DNA of 64,000 nucleotides from a virus. Its lineage: Duplodnaviria; Caudoviricetes. Each line of letters starts with the position of its first letter. Position 1 is the first letter of the stretch. The position numbers were made by a program, and so were the translations under genes. The notes below the pieces were generated by a model that saw only the letters and a list, made by a program, of their open reading frames with translations, was not told where the DNA came from and did no database searches. Below, in pieces: positions 42,424 to 52,080 of the stretch. The DNA lies in the IMG/VR virus record IMGVR_UViG_3300037484_000235, positions 96,001-160,000 of that record, one strand, 5' to 3'.

Positions 42424-43785
42424 GTGTCCTTAGATACGAAGTACAGGCCGCATACGTACGACGGGGTTCTGGGCCAGACCAGTACGGTTCAGATCCTTCG
42501 TCAGTATGTGAAGTCAGGGGCCGGATTCTCTCAGTCGTACCTCTTCGCGGGCCCGTGGGGCAGCGGTAAGACAACGATTGCGAGAGTCCTTGCCAGGTCG
42601 CTTCTTTGTGCGTCCCCTGTTGACGGGGCCGCCTGCGACCAGTGTGTTTCGTGTCAGTCGATCCTCATGGGGGGTTCCTCCGAGAACTTCTTTGAGATCG
42701 ACGCCGCTACGAACAGCGGGAAGGACTCAATCCGCAAGATCGTGGATGAAATCCAGTACTCCACCTTCTCTGGAAACCGCCGATTGTATCTTTTCGACGA
42801 GAGCCACCGTCTCTCGACTGACGCACTAGACGCGCTTTTAAAACCAATGGAAGACTGTGTCCCTGGTTCCCAGGACAAATCTCTAGTCTGTATCTTCTGT
42901 ACGACAGAGCCAGAAAAGATGCGGGCAACCGTTCTTTCTCGGTGCGCCCCAGCGTTCGTCATCAAGCCTGTCACCCCTGATCAGATCCGAGACCGGCTTG
43001 TGGTTGTATGCGACTCGGAGGGAATCCCCTACGAGATTGACGCCCTCAAGCTCATAGGTGAGTTGACGGAGTGTCACATCCGAGACGCCCTAAAAGCAGT
43101 AGAGGGCGTCTCGATGCTTGGGATGGTGGACAAGGTGAACGTAGCCAAGTACCTGCATTTGGACTCACACCTTCTTGTCCTTGACATCCTAAGTCTGATT
43201 CTCAATGATCTTCCAGGGGCCCTCCGTAAAACCTCTGAGCTTTTGGCGATGACGAGTCCAACGACTTGCTACGAGAGTCTTACTGACATGGCGATGCTGG
43301 CCTATCGTGTCGGTATAGGGGCAGCCACACCCCCAAGCTACCTGAGTGTTCAGACCGTTCAGGAAATCGGAACTGGGGTGGGAGCGCGGTTGCTTTCCTA
43401 CGCAAGCCGATTTTCATCACGTCCAGGAAGGCCCTCAGCTTCGATGCTTCTGTGTGATGTGGCTCAGCTCCATCAAGAGGCCGTGGCCCCGCTTCCATTC
43501 CATTCTGTTGCTCAAAATCCTGTGACACCTGAACGCGTGGGTAATGTAAAGCTGGACAAGCCACAGATGGTGGATGGCGTGTACGTTGATCCACGAGCCA
43601 TTAACCAACCAACTGAGACTGTCGTAGCCACTGCGCCCCCTTCCGAGCTTTCACCCTTGGTGTTCTTTGATCTTGTGCGGAAACGCGCAACCGAGCTGAA
43701 GGAATCGCAACAGGATGGACGTTCGGGACAAGATGACTTGGGTAGCTCTGGAGCTAACCAAAGCGGGGGAGCTGAAGGCGATTGA
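42424..43785 (+). CDS. dnaX: DNA pol III gamma/tau
   Basis: KYRP, GPWGSGKTT, CDQCVSC, EIDAA, DESH, ALLKPME, SRC. Confidence 0.93.
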   Translation: MSLDTKYRPHTYDGVLGQTSTVQILRQYVKSGAGFSQSYLFAGPWGSGKTTIARVLARSLLCASPVDGAACDQCVSCQSILMGGSSENFFEIDAATNSGKDSIRKIVDEIQYSTFSGNRRLYLFDESHRLSTDALDALLKPMEDCVPGSQDKSLVCIFCTTEPEKMRATVLSRCAPAFVIKPVTPDQIRDRLVVVCDSEGIPYEIDALKLIGELTECHIRDALKAVEGVSMLGMVDKVNVAKYLHLDSHLLVLDILSLILNDLPGALRKTSELLAMTSPTTCYESLTDMAMLAYRVGIGAATPPSYLSVQTVQEIGTGVGARLLSYASRFSSRPGRPSASMLLCDVAQLHQEAVAPLPFHSVAQNPVTPERVGNVKLDKPQMVDGVYVDPRAINQPTETVVATAPPSELSPLVFFDLVRKRATELKESQQDGRSGQDDLGSSGANQSGGAEGD

Positions 43786-44317
43786 AGGCACACTAGCCTC
43801 TACTCTTTGCGCCAGTTTGTGTGTTCCTGAGTCCTATCCTGTTTTTGTCCCTTACGCCTCTTACTCAAAGGGCGGCAGGAGTGTCTCAGTCCGACTCATA
43901 GAGGGCTACGCCTTCGTTGGTTCCGGGTTGGAGGAAACAAAGTATTTTGCATTGGAGCGCGGACCGTACGTGGGGCGCGTGATGTCTTCTAGGGGCGCCC
44001 ACAACATGCGCGTTCTTCAGACGGTTCCGGACCAGCGTATTCAGGCATTGATGACTCAGTTGCGGGAGCAAGTGGCTTCTGATCTGGAGATCGGAACGAA
44101 TGTTCGGATCACTGGCGGAAACTACTTGCACCTGGAAGGTGTCATTGTGGACTTGACCGATGACAGAGCTGCGGTCAGGATAAAACTTAGATCTCGTGAT
44201 GTGGTTGCTTTTCTACCGAAGGTTTTCATTGACGCGGTTACCGATGCGGCAGAAGATAGTGTTGAGATTGACGCCCTTGACGTAGCTATTGGTCCGGAGT
44301 TCATCCCGGAAGACTAG
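43715..44317 (+). CDS. nusG: NusG-family transcription factor
   Basis: NGN-like LIEGYAFV; KOW GTNVRITGGNYLHLEGVI. Confidence 0.75.
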   Translation: MDVRDKMTWVALELTKAGELKAIEGTLASTLCASLCVPESYPVFVPYASYSKGGRSVSVRLIEGYAFVGSGLEETKYFALERGPYVGRVMSSRGAHNMRVLQTVPDQRIQALMTQLREQVASDLEIGTNVRITGGNYLHLEGVIVDLTDDRAAVRIKLRSRDVVAFLPKVFIDAVTDAAEDSVEIDALDVAIGPEFIPED

Positions 44318-44332
44318 GATTACAGGCCCCTC

Positions 44333-44938
44333 ATGAATAGTCCATCCAGTGCATCATCTAATGGGTCTTTGAGCCCTACCTCCATTTTTTCAGAAGAGGA
44401 CTCACTTTCCTTTTTTGGGTCTGTTTTCACGGAACCCGATGAAGACGACCTCAAGATGATGGAGAAGGTCCGCCTAATGTTGGACCTGTTGCCCCCAGTT
44501 GAGGCCGATTTCGTTGAGATGTACTTCTTCAAGCACATCAAGCAAACTGACATAGCGTCAATCTTTAACGTCAGCCAACCAACAGTCTGCTATCGGTTGT
44601 ATCGAGCCATTGACCGCATCAAGTTCCTTCTGATCCTGCCCAAGGTCGATACAATCAAGATGAGATCTGATCTCTCCCAGTTCATGTCCGATCCAATGGA
44701 CATAGACATCATGATGCACATGTACGAGACTACATGCCAGAGTGAGAGCGCAAAGCGTCTCAATGTCTCTCAGGGATTGGTTCGACACCGATTCATCCGG
44801 TCGATCAAAAAGATGCAGAACTTTGAGTCAATGCAGCTCTATTTTGGCATTTTCTCGATGATTGCTAGCAATCTGAACATCATGCGTGAGGTTCGCCGTC
44901 GTAAGAGTTCGGACAGCATAGATTGCGTGATCGACTGA
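44333..44938 (+). CDS. tandem sigma-region-4/HTH protein
   Basis: QTDIASIFNVSQPTVCYRL and QSESAKRLNVSQGLVRHR. Confidence 0.7.
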   Translation: MNSPSSASSNGSLSPTSIFSEEDSLSFFGSVFTEPDEDDLKMMEKVRLMLDLLPPVEADFVEMYFFKHIKQTDIASIFNVSQPTVCYRLYRAIDRIKFLLILPKVDTIKMRSDLSQFMSDPMDIDIMMHMYETTCQSESAKRLNVSQGLVRHRFIRSIKKMQNFESMQLYFGIFSMIASNLNIMREVRRRKSSDSIDCVID

Positions 44939-45010
44939 CCCCCTGTGGATTGATCTGACGAGTCTCTCGGTTAAGTACCCTATCCGCCGCAATGGTGAAG
45001 GGTATAACCT

Positions 45011-45328
45011 GTGAAGTCAGAAGTCAGAATCGCCATGGCACATACGGTTGCAAACCGTTGGCTGGACGAGATATCCAAGAAAGAGTACCGCTTCTCCGTC
45101 TTCCCTGGTTCGGGAAAGACTGAGATGGATGTTCGTCTCTTGGCCGGTAGCCTTCGATCTTGGCGTGATGGGAATACCAAGATTGCTTCAGTGCCCCTTG
45201 CATCTGATTTGGGTGTGAGGGAATCCGTCAACAACTCGATTGAGGTCTGGTCTTCGGATTGCGACACGCTTCGAAAGCTGTCGTCTTGGATGGAGTCCAA
45301 GGGCTTCGAAACTAATTTCATCTGGTGA
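45011..45328 (+). CDS. hypothetical protein
   Basis: first ORF of virion module, TVANRW motif. Confidence 0.6.
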   Translation: MKSEVRIAMAHTVANRWLDEISKKEYRFSVFPGSGKTEMDVRLLAGSLRSWRDGNTKIASVPLASDLGVRESVNNSIEVWSSDCDTLRKLSSWMESKGFETNFIW

Positions 45329-45332
45329 ACTC

Positions 45333-45761
45333 ATGGCACTTACCAGGGAAATTTTCGACTTCACCTACCGATCCGGATCCGCCGGAACGTACTACTACTT
45401 CACGATCTCCCAGGACTCAACGGGTGGGATTTCGCTCAAGAACGTCCAGACTCCGAATGGTCGGATCATCGACTCTCAGACCGGGCTGCCACAATCGGTT
45501 GTGTCCGATATTGACGCTGCCATCATACAGGTGGAGAACTTCGTGGCTCAAACCAGCGCAGTAAATGGAACACTCAGCTTTGTGGCTCAGACGAGCCAAA
45601 GCGTGACTTTCGCTACCCCCTTTGCAGGGACGACCTACCGGGTGCAGTTGGCACTGGCCGACTATATCCCGGCTCGGGTAATCTCTAAGCTTACGACCGG
45701 ATTCACCGTAGAATTGGGCGTGAGCTACACAGGAGACGTCGGGTACGACGTTTTTGTCTGA
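45333..45761 (+). CDS. putative virion structural protein
   Basis: beta-rich, Thr/Gly-rich. Confidence 0.6.
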   Translation: MALTREIFDFTYRSGSAGTYYYFTISQDSTGGISLKNVQTPNGRIIDSQTGLPQSVVSDIDAAIIQVENFVAQTSAVNGTLSFVAQTSQSVTFATPFAGTTYRVQLALADYIPARVISKLTTGFTVELGVSYTGDVGYDVFV

Positions 45762-45779
45762 GATGGATAGGAGAATTCG

Positions 45780-46967
45780 ATGACTCAGGCTCCTTTCCAA
45801 TCGGATGGTCTGCGGATTGAACCCGGCTCCGGGCAGACCCTCACGATCCTCAGGGATGCTGCTACGGGCTCGCTGCGGTTCGTGGACACCCTCGTTCCGT
45901 CCGGGATCAACCTCCTGGACATCTCGGGCTTCAACGCGATCACAGGGGCTCTGGTGGTCGGTCGGGCCGGCACCGGCGCCAAGTACACGACGGTGCAGTC
46001 CGCTATCGATGCGGTTTCCGCTGCCGCTAGTGCGGCAAACCCCTACACAATCTTTGTTCTTCCCGGTGTTTACCTGGAAAATCTCATCATTGAGAAGGAC
46101 GGGATCGCGATCGTTGCGTTGGGACAGGTTTCCATCGTAGCTGTAACAGCAACTCCGACCATCACAATTCAGGCGGGTGTGTCGACGACTCCCCTGACGA
46201 CTCTTTTTCAGGGGATCAAGATCCAAACGTCCAACGCGGGCTTGGAGTGCGTGCTGATTTCTGGTGGTGCAGCGTCCACCGTCGGCAGCGGTGGGATCGT
46301 CTTCAAGGATTGCAACTTTGCGGCCCTCGGCGTCGGCTCGTACACCGTGCGGGCTGACACCGTGAACTCGGTAGCTCTCTACGGGTGTCGGTCGGACGAG
46401 AGTGCGGTTACCGCTGTGCAGAAGGCCGTGCAGTGCGCGTCCTACCTCATCTCGGGGGGAACGGCACCCGCCACGCAGTTGGATTACACTACTGCGCTAC
46501 CTCTTCCGGCAACGGCTGGTTCCGTCTACTCGATTGAGGACTGCCGAACCGTGGGGAACGTGCTCTCGACTCTCACGAGCGGGGGCTCCCTTGGAATCAA
46601 GGGGTGCCTCACGGTCGGAAACGTCACCCTCAACGGGAACCGCACAGGACTCATTCAGTCTTCCACGGTGGGCAACATCACTGTGGGCGGGACTTCCGCC
46701 ATGACCCTGGTTTCCTCGAAGAGGGGAACGGCTGCGGGGGCTGGTACCCTGGACGAGCCTCTTACGGGGTCTACAGGGTTCATTGGGAGCGCCAGCGAAG
46801 CGGTGCTGTTCTCTGTTCTCCGGCCAAATGCCACCTACGGGGTGGTGCTGGATACAGGGAGCTTGGACCCTGTTGCTGTCACCCCCAAGGCCAACTCCGG
46901 ATTCACGATTAGCTTTGGGATTATCGTGCAGACTACCACTGTTTACTGGTCCGTTTTTGGCACCTAA
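45780..46967 (+). CDS. putative tail fibre/spike, beta-helix-like
   Basis: AKYTTVQSAIDA..IFVLPGVYLEN pectin-lyase-like start. Confidence 0.6.
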   Translation: MTQAPFQSDGLRIEPGSGQTLTILRDAATGSLRFVDTLVPSGINLLDISGFNAITGALVVGRAGTGAKYTTVQSAIDAVSAAASAANPYTIFVLPGVYLENLIIEKDGIAIVALGQVSIVAVTATPTITIQAGVSTTPLTTLFQGIKIQTSNAGLECVLISGGAASTVGSGGIVFKDCNFAALGVGSYTVRADTVNSVALYGCRSDESAVTAVQKAVQCASYLISGGTAPATQLDYTTALPLPATAGSVYSIEDCRTVGNVLSTLTSGGSLGIKGCLTVGNVTLNGNRTGLIQSSTVGNITVGGTSAMTLVSSKRGTAAGAGTLDEPLTGSTGFIGSASEAVLFSVLRPNATYGVVLDTGSLDPVAVTPKANSGFTISFGIIVQTTTVYWSVFGT

Positions 46968-47014
46968 TCTGTCACCCGCTTTGATTCCACTATAGGACTC
47001 CGGTAGCAAAGAGA

Positions 47015-47560
47015 TTGAACATGAGCACTTTCTGGGATGAACTGACGCAAGGGATGCACAAGGAGGCGTCGTCTTTGGACGCTCATCTTGGCGGACGTGT
47101 GCGCTCTGAGGGCATCCGCAATCTAACGGATAAGTTCCGGGCTGCTAACGCCCTGGACCTGACTGCCGGTGCAGGAACTCGTGTGTCCTTCGCGGACAAC
47201 CTTGGTGCTCTCATCTCGTACCCAGATCCCCCACAGGGTGGGTCCGAGGGCACCGTGGTTACCGTGCGGTCGGCTTCTGGGGACGTGACTCACGTAGACA
47301 GTCTCATGTTCGTGAAGTGGGATAACGGTTCATTCATGCCCGTGCACGCCGAGCACCTACGTCGTGCGTCCGACACGCGGATTGCATCGTCCTACTCGAT
47401 CCGGGTCTCGTCTTTGGGGGACCTCACGGATTTCATGAAGACTTCGAGTGAAGACCTGGTTCACAAAGCCACCAAGGACTTGTGGGCCGTGAAAAATGTC
47501 GGCGGTGAGTATCTCATCGAGCGTCTCTTTGATGAGACAGGGGCTCCGCTAAAGGTATGA
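47015..47560 (+). CDS. putative head-associated protein
   Basis: KEA/KAT motifs, DLW..IERLFD. Confidence 0.6.
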   Translation: MNMSTFWDELTQGMHKEASSLDAHLGGRVRSEGIRNLTDKFRAANALDLTAGAGTRVSFADNLGALISYPDPPQGGSEGTVVTVRSASGDVTHVDSLMFVKWDNGSFMPVHAEHLRRASDTRIASSYSIRVSSLGDLTDFMKTSSEDLVHKATKDLWAVKNVGGEYLIERLFDETGAPLKV

Positions 47561-48144
47561 CCAACATGCGCAAAGCGAGTCCAGAGCGGGTAGCCAAGCG
47601 TGCGATGATTCGCACGGCGGGTGAAGTCCGTTTCATCAAGGACAAGAGCAATGACGCCAGCCAGTGGGCGTGGAATGACTCCGGTCCTCAAGAGCGGAAG
47701 ATCACTCCGGACTTCGCGTTCAATCCCAAGAACACCAAGCCCCTAGCGAAGGTGTTGCGCTCTACGAATGCCTCTCTGGGTCATGCGATGGCGGCCTATG
47801 CGCTCTTCACGAAGTTGAAGTCGGCGGACATCTCTCCGGATGGCGCACTCGGCGGCAAGGGTTACATCCAGAAGATCGCAGAGATGCGTCGGGCATACAT
47901 GAACTTGGTCGAGGCGCTCTCTGCGCTTTCTGACACGCTCTACGATGAGATCCGGGCCCCACACTGGGCTGCAATCTCTCGGCAGGAAGATCCTGAGGAC
48001 CGCGAAGAGGTAGAGCAGATCGTTGAAGATGCTGTCGATATCAAGGCGGACCCAGAGGGCTGGGCTGAGGATCAAGAAGAGCAGATGGACGAGGAGAACG
48101 CCAACATCACGAAGCGTGCCTCTTTTAAACCGAGGGTCCGCTGA
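47557..48144 (+). CDS. putative head-associated protein
   Basis: RVAKRAMIRTAGE motif. Confidence 0.65.
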   Translation: MTNMRKASPERVAKRAMIRTAGEVRFIKDKSNDASQWAWNDSGPQERKITPDFAFNPKNTKPLAKVLRSTNASLGHAMAAYALFTKLKSADISPDGALGGKGYIQKIAEMRRAYMNLVEALSALSDTLYDEIRAPHWAAISRQEDPEDREEVEQIVEDAVDIKADPEGWAEDQEEQMDEENANITKRASFKPRVR

Positions 48145-50303
48145 TGTCAAAATCTTCTCAACTACCGGATGGTGGACACATGCCAACCCTTGGCTCCAAC
48201 TACATGATGGACGGCTTCGACTTCGACTCAGAGTACGGGGACGGGCCGGATGCTGCCCGCAAGGATCCGGAGCTTCCTCGTTCGTCTCGGGGACTTGCGG
48301 GTCTTCCCGATGGATTCATGGGTAGAGACGAGCCGGAGGAAGAGTTTGACTTCCGGATGGTTGAGGGCGGCGACGAGCACGGTCTTGGCGATTTGAGCGA
48401 GATGTTCAAGGAGGCGACCCCTCTCATGGACTTGGCGTGGCTTGAGAGTGCAGAGCAAGATCCTGCCCGTCTTCCTGAGTCCATCAATCAGATCGAGCCC
48501 ACTCTCTCGGATCTCTACCAGACGGAGTTCGCGGATGTTCCTGGAACCGGGACCGTCAATGAGCTTGAGCAGGCGTGGGGCGTGAATCGTCGCACAGACG
48601 GACAGAATATTGTCCCCAACATCGTGTATCCGCGTCCGGTTACGGGACCGACCTCGGCGCTGCCACAGGACTTGCATCGAACCGTTGTGGCCCATGCCAT
48701 GCGGAAGTCTGCCTTTGGGGAGAGCTTCGAGAATATCACGCGTGATGTTCTGGCATTCTTCGGGGATGACATCTCGAAGGTTCAGGGGACACCGGCGTTC
48801 AAGAAGTTCTCTGCGGCTATCCGCTCAGTCCGTGCTGAGCACGGTCTGGTGGGCAACGTCTACGTGCGGGACTCCGCTTTCCCAGGACTTCACACAGGGA
48901 AGTGGGACGCCGCGATCAAGCGTAGGTGTGCATCCGCCAGGTACATCCTGACGAGTCCTGGGTCCAAGATCTCGGCCCTACAGAACTACATTGGCAAGCA
49001 GGTTGTGACCTCGATCCCTTGGGGCGAAGCCCTTGACCACTATCGCCCCATGATTGAGGCAAGCGGCAAGCGCATCGCCTCTGGGGACCCACGCAAGGCC
49101 CTCCAGGCGGCCTTCACGCAACAGGCTCCTCAGACACGTCGCGGGGCAACCACTTTCCCCACTCATGAGATGCCAACGGTTTCCAGCAAGGAGGCGCATG
49201 AAGCGTTCTCTAAGGCACCAACACAAGAGCGTGGCGTCATCTCGCGAGATGACGGGCATGCAGCCCAGGCCAAGAATGCCAGCGGGAGAATCGACCGCTG
49301 GGTGAAGGCGGGGCTGGTCACTGCAACAAGAGTGGCTCAGATTCGAGCACAGGTCTTGGATCCCTCGGACCTTCTTCGCACAGTGGCTTCTGAGATCTCG
49401 TCTACCAAGAAGGCTGCCTACACTGGCGTCGGGCTTGAGGCCAACAAGGCTCGTGAGTTCGTGACCACGAAAGACGCAGCTTGGACCTCCGATCAGAACA
49501 AAGAGATTGATCGGGTTGTCCTGGAGCGCGCACGCGCAGTAGTCGCCAACCTCGTGACCTCTGGGAAGATCTCGCAGCAGAATGCCAACACGGTCCTGAA
49601 GGTGTCCAGTGCGGAAGGGATGCTCCGTCTTGCGGCCAAGTACGTCGCAGGTCCGAAGTCCGCAGACTACAGTGGCACATCCTTTCAGGCAAACGTAGCA
49701 ACGAAGAAGGCTCAGGACATGAGCCCCATTCTCCCGATTGAAGTGCGGAAGCTTCTTCGTTGGGCTTCTGTCCAGATGAACGAGGGTGCTGCGGGCAAAG
49801 ATCTGGACTACTTGCTGTCTGCCAGGTTCTCGAATGAACTCCGCAAGACGGCTTCTGAACCCCTCACCCAGCTCCGCAAGAAGCACGAGGGCCTATCTGG
49901 TCACATGTATGTCGACGCGAGCGCTTATGCGTCCACGACAGGTACAGAGGGGTGTGATAAGGGTGCCCTTATCCACCGGGCAAACCAGCTCAAGATGGTC
50001 TTGGGGATGGATCGTTGTGCCTCGTGCGTTTCGAACGTCGAGTCACACTGCCAGAAGTACAGCAAGGTGATCGTTTCTGCAATCCCAGAGAAGCAGGCCA
50101 ATCGGTACCAGACGGAGATGATCCGCTTGGCAAATGCTAGTGACTCTGAGACCACAGCCTCCTTCTTCACCTCTCAGGGTGAGGGTGGATACGACCTACA
50201 GAATGAGGTGCTTGACAACATTGAGTATGACAGCACCCCACCTGTTGAAGAACTCGGCGGGATTCTCTTCGACGGTTTGACCCTAGACGCTGACGAGGAG
50301 TGA
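48144..50303 (+). CDS. large hypothetical virion protein
   Basis: 719 aa, Cys cluster near C-terminus. Confidence 0.7.
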   Translation: MSKSSQLPDGGHMPTLGSNYMMDGFDFDSEYGDGPDAARKDPELPRSSRGLAGLPDGFMGRDEPEEEFDFRMVEGGDEHGLGDLSEMFKEATPLMDLAWLESAEQDPARLPESINQIEPTLSDLYQTEFADVPGTGTVNELEQAWGVNRRTDGQNIVPNIVYPRPVTGPTSALPQDLHRTVVAHAMRKSAFGESFENITRDVLAFFGDDISKVQGTPAFKKFSAAIRSVRAEHGLVGNVYVRDSAFPGLHTGKWDAAIKRRCASARYILTSPGSKISALQNYIGKQVVTSIPWGEALDHYRPMIEASGKRIASGDPRKALQAAFTQQAPQTRRGATTFPTHEMPTVSSKEAHEAFSKAPTQERGVISRDDGHAAQAKNASGRIDRWVKAGLVTATRVAQIRAQVLDPSDLLRTVASEISSTKKAAYTGVGLEANKAREFVTTKDAAWTSDQNKEIDRVVLERARAVVANLVTSGKISQQNANTVLKVSSAEGMLRLAAKYVAGPKSADYSGTSFQANVATKKAQDMSPILPIEVRKLLRWASVQMNEGAAGKDLDYLLSARFSNELRKTASEPLTQLRKKHEGLSGHMYVDASAYASTTGTEGCDKGALIHRANQLKMVLGMDRCASCVSNVESHCQKYSKVIVSAIPEKQANRYQTEMIRLANASDSETTASFFTSQGEGGYDLQNEVLDNIEYDSTPPVEELGGILFDGLTLDADEE

Positions 50304-51301
50304 TCATGCAACCATGCGCGCCACGAAAGTTCAACATCCTCGTTGCGGCTCTCAAAACGCCGAGTGACCCGAGTCGCGGTACGATTGGAAATCCCACAGT
50401 TTCACGTACTGGATTCACCCTTCAACAGACAGTCCTGGAGAATGGGACCACCCGCATTGGTGGTCCCGTCACCAAGCCACCTGCGGTGGGTGCCGCAAAT
50501 CACACTGCGGCGATCAAGGTCGTGACCGCACTTTACTTTGACCCATTGGCCAAGACCGCATCCACCGGTACCCTGACTTTTGGTGGGGCACCTGTTGCTG
50601 CTGAGACCGTCACGATTGGTGGCAAGCCCTACACGTTCCGAGCGGTCATCGACGGCGCGTCAGTAGACGGAGACGTTTTGAATGAAGTGGCGGCGACAGA
50701 CGCTCTCGACAACCTGATTGCAGCCATCATGCTGGGTGCCGGTGGTGGGGTGAAGTATGCAGCAGCAATGACCCTATCACCTACCGTGACGGCTGCTGCC
50801 GGTGCTGGTGACACCATGGTGGCTACCGCCAAGGTATTGGGTGACGCCGGAGCTGTGGGTACAACTTCTACTGTGACTCTTGGGACTTGGGCTGCGATCA
50901 CTCTTACGGGGCAGACTGACGGGACACCACCGCCTTTCTACTTCAAGGATGAGATTGCGATCTTCGACCGATACGTTACAGCTGGCGAGGAGTTTGGTTC
51001 TGGATTGGGCACAGGGATTGGACCTGTTGCAACGATTGCGACTCAGCTGGCCACTGCGCTCAATGCCTTTTCGGATCTTGAGGCGACGGCTGTGGCGGAT
51101 ACCGTGTACATCACGTCGCTTCGGCCCGATGCAACCATGCCCATCAAAGTGACGAACGACGAGAGCACTGTTTTGGGTGGCTTGTTCTTCACGGTGTATG
51201 GTCCAGGAGCGGTTCTTCTGTCGGTTACCCCAAAGTACCGACAGACGTACTTCGTCCCGAAGACTGCAAAGACTCAATCGCCTCCAGTGTCCCTTCCATA
51301 A
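50300..51301 (+). CDS. structural protein (sheath/decoration-like domain)
   Basis: ASTGTLTFGGAPVAAETVTIGGKPYTF..DNLIAAI. Confidence 0.6.
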   Translation: MIMQPCAPRKFNILVAALKTPSDPSRGTIGNPTVSRTGFTLQQTVLENGTTRIGGPVTKPPAVGAANHTAAIKVVTALYFDPLAKTASTGTLTFGGAPVAAETVTIGGKPYTFRAVIDGASVDGDVLNEVAATDALDNLIAAIMLGAGGGVKYAAAMTLSPTVTAAAGAGDTMVATAKVLGDAGAVGTTSTVTLGTWAAITLTGQTDGTPPPFYFKDEIAIFDRYVTAGEEFGSGLGTGIGPVATIATQLATALNAFSDLEATAVADTVYITSLRPDATMPIKVTNDESTVLGGLFFTVYGPGAVLLSVTPKYRQTYFVPKTAKTQSPPVSLP

Positions 51302-51330
51302 GAGGGGAGGAGGCACCTAGGTGATGACCC

Positions 51331-52074
51331 ATGAGTGGTGGCCCAGAGATCGATGATGTAGATGATGCCATGAATGTGGCAAACGAGACGGCTGCAAACA
51401 GACCTGTGGTTGCCAGGATAGTCAAGGGATTCGTTGTCCCAGATGGGGCACGTCGAGTTCGGGTGACAGACGAGAAAAGCAAATGTTGTTGGCGTAGTCT
51501 GGATGAAGTTCTCAACTCTGACGTTCTTGATTTGACACCCCAGGGTCAACCTCAATGGATGTTTGGTGCGGTGGGTCGTCCTAAACAACACCGAACCATA
51601 AGCGAGGTTGCGGATCCAGTATCCGAGCTTGTTGGGAACCTGATGGTCATCAAACAGGCCAACCTCCGATCGGATTCTGTGACCCTCGCCGCCGAGTCCA
51701 CCCCTGAATCACCGGAGGTGCTCAATCAGGTGATCCTGGCCATTGCGGAAGAAGCAGCGAGTCTTCGATTTGAACGGCAAGAAGCTGAGCGCAAGGGGGT
51801 GGACACCTCCGTATTTTCCATGCGTAGAGTCCAAGCCCTTAAGGCCATTGGGGATACGTGGATAAAGCGCAAGGAGCAGATTCAACAACAATCTGTGGAC
51901 ATGGATAGCCCAGCATTCAGTGAACTGTTCAGGTTTATCAGTGAGACGTTCGCTAAAGCCATGGAAGCTGCGGGTGTTCGTCAAGAACTGTCGGACACTG
52001 TGTTTGCCCAGTTTTCAAAATTGCTCAATGAGGATGATTGGAAGACGGAAGCAAAATCCAGGATGACGAAGTAA
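51331..52074 (+). CDS. hypothetical protein, possible terminase small subunit
   Basis: immediately upstream of terL; helical C-terminus. Confidence 0.5.
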   Translation: MSGGPEIDDVDDAMNVANETAANRPVVARIVKGFVVPDGARRVRVTDEKSKCCWRSLDEVLNSDVLDLTPQGQPQWMFGAVGRPKQHRTISEVADPVSELVGNLMVIKQANLRSDSVTLAAESTPESPEVLNQVILAIAEEAASLRFERQEAERKGVDTSVFSMRRVQALKAIGDTWIKRKEQIQQQSVDMDSPAFSELFRFISETFAKAMEAAGVRQELSDTVFAQFSKLLNEDDWKTEAKSRMTK

Positions 52075-52080
52075 GTTCCA

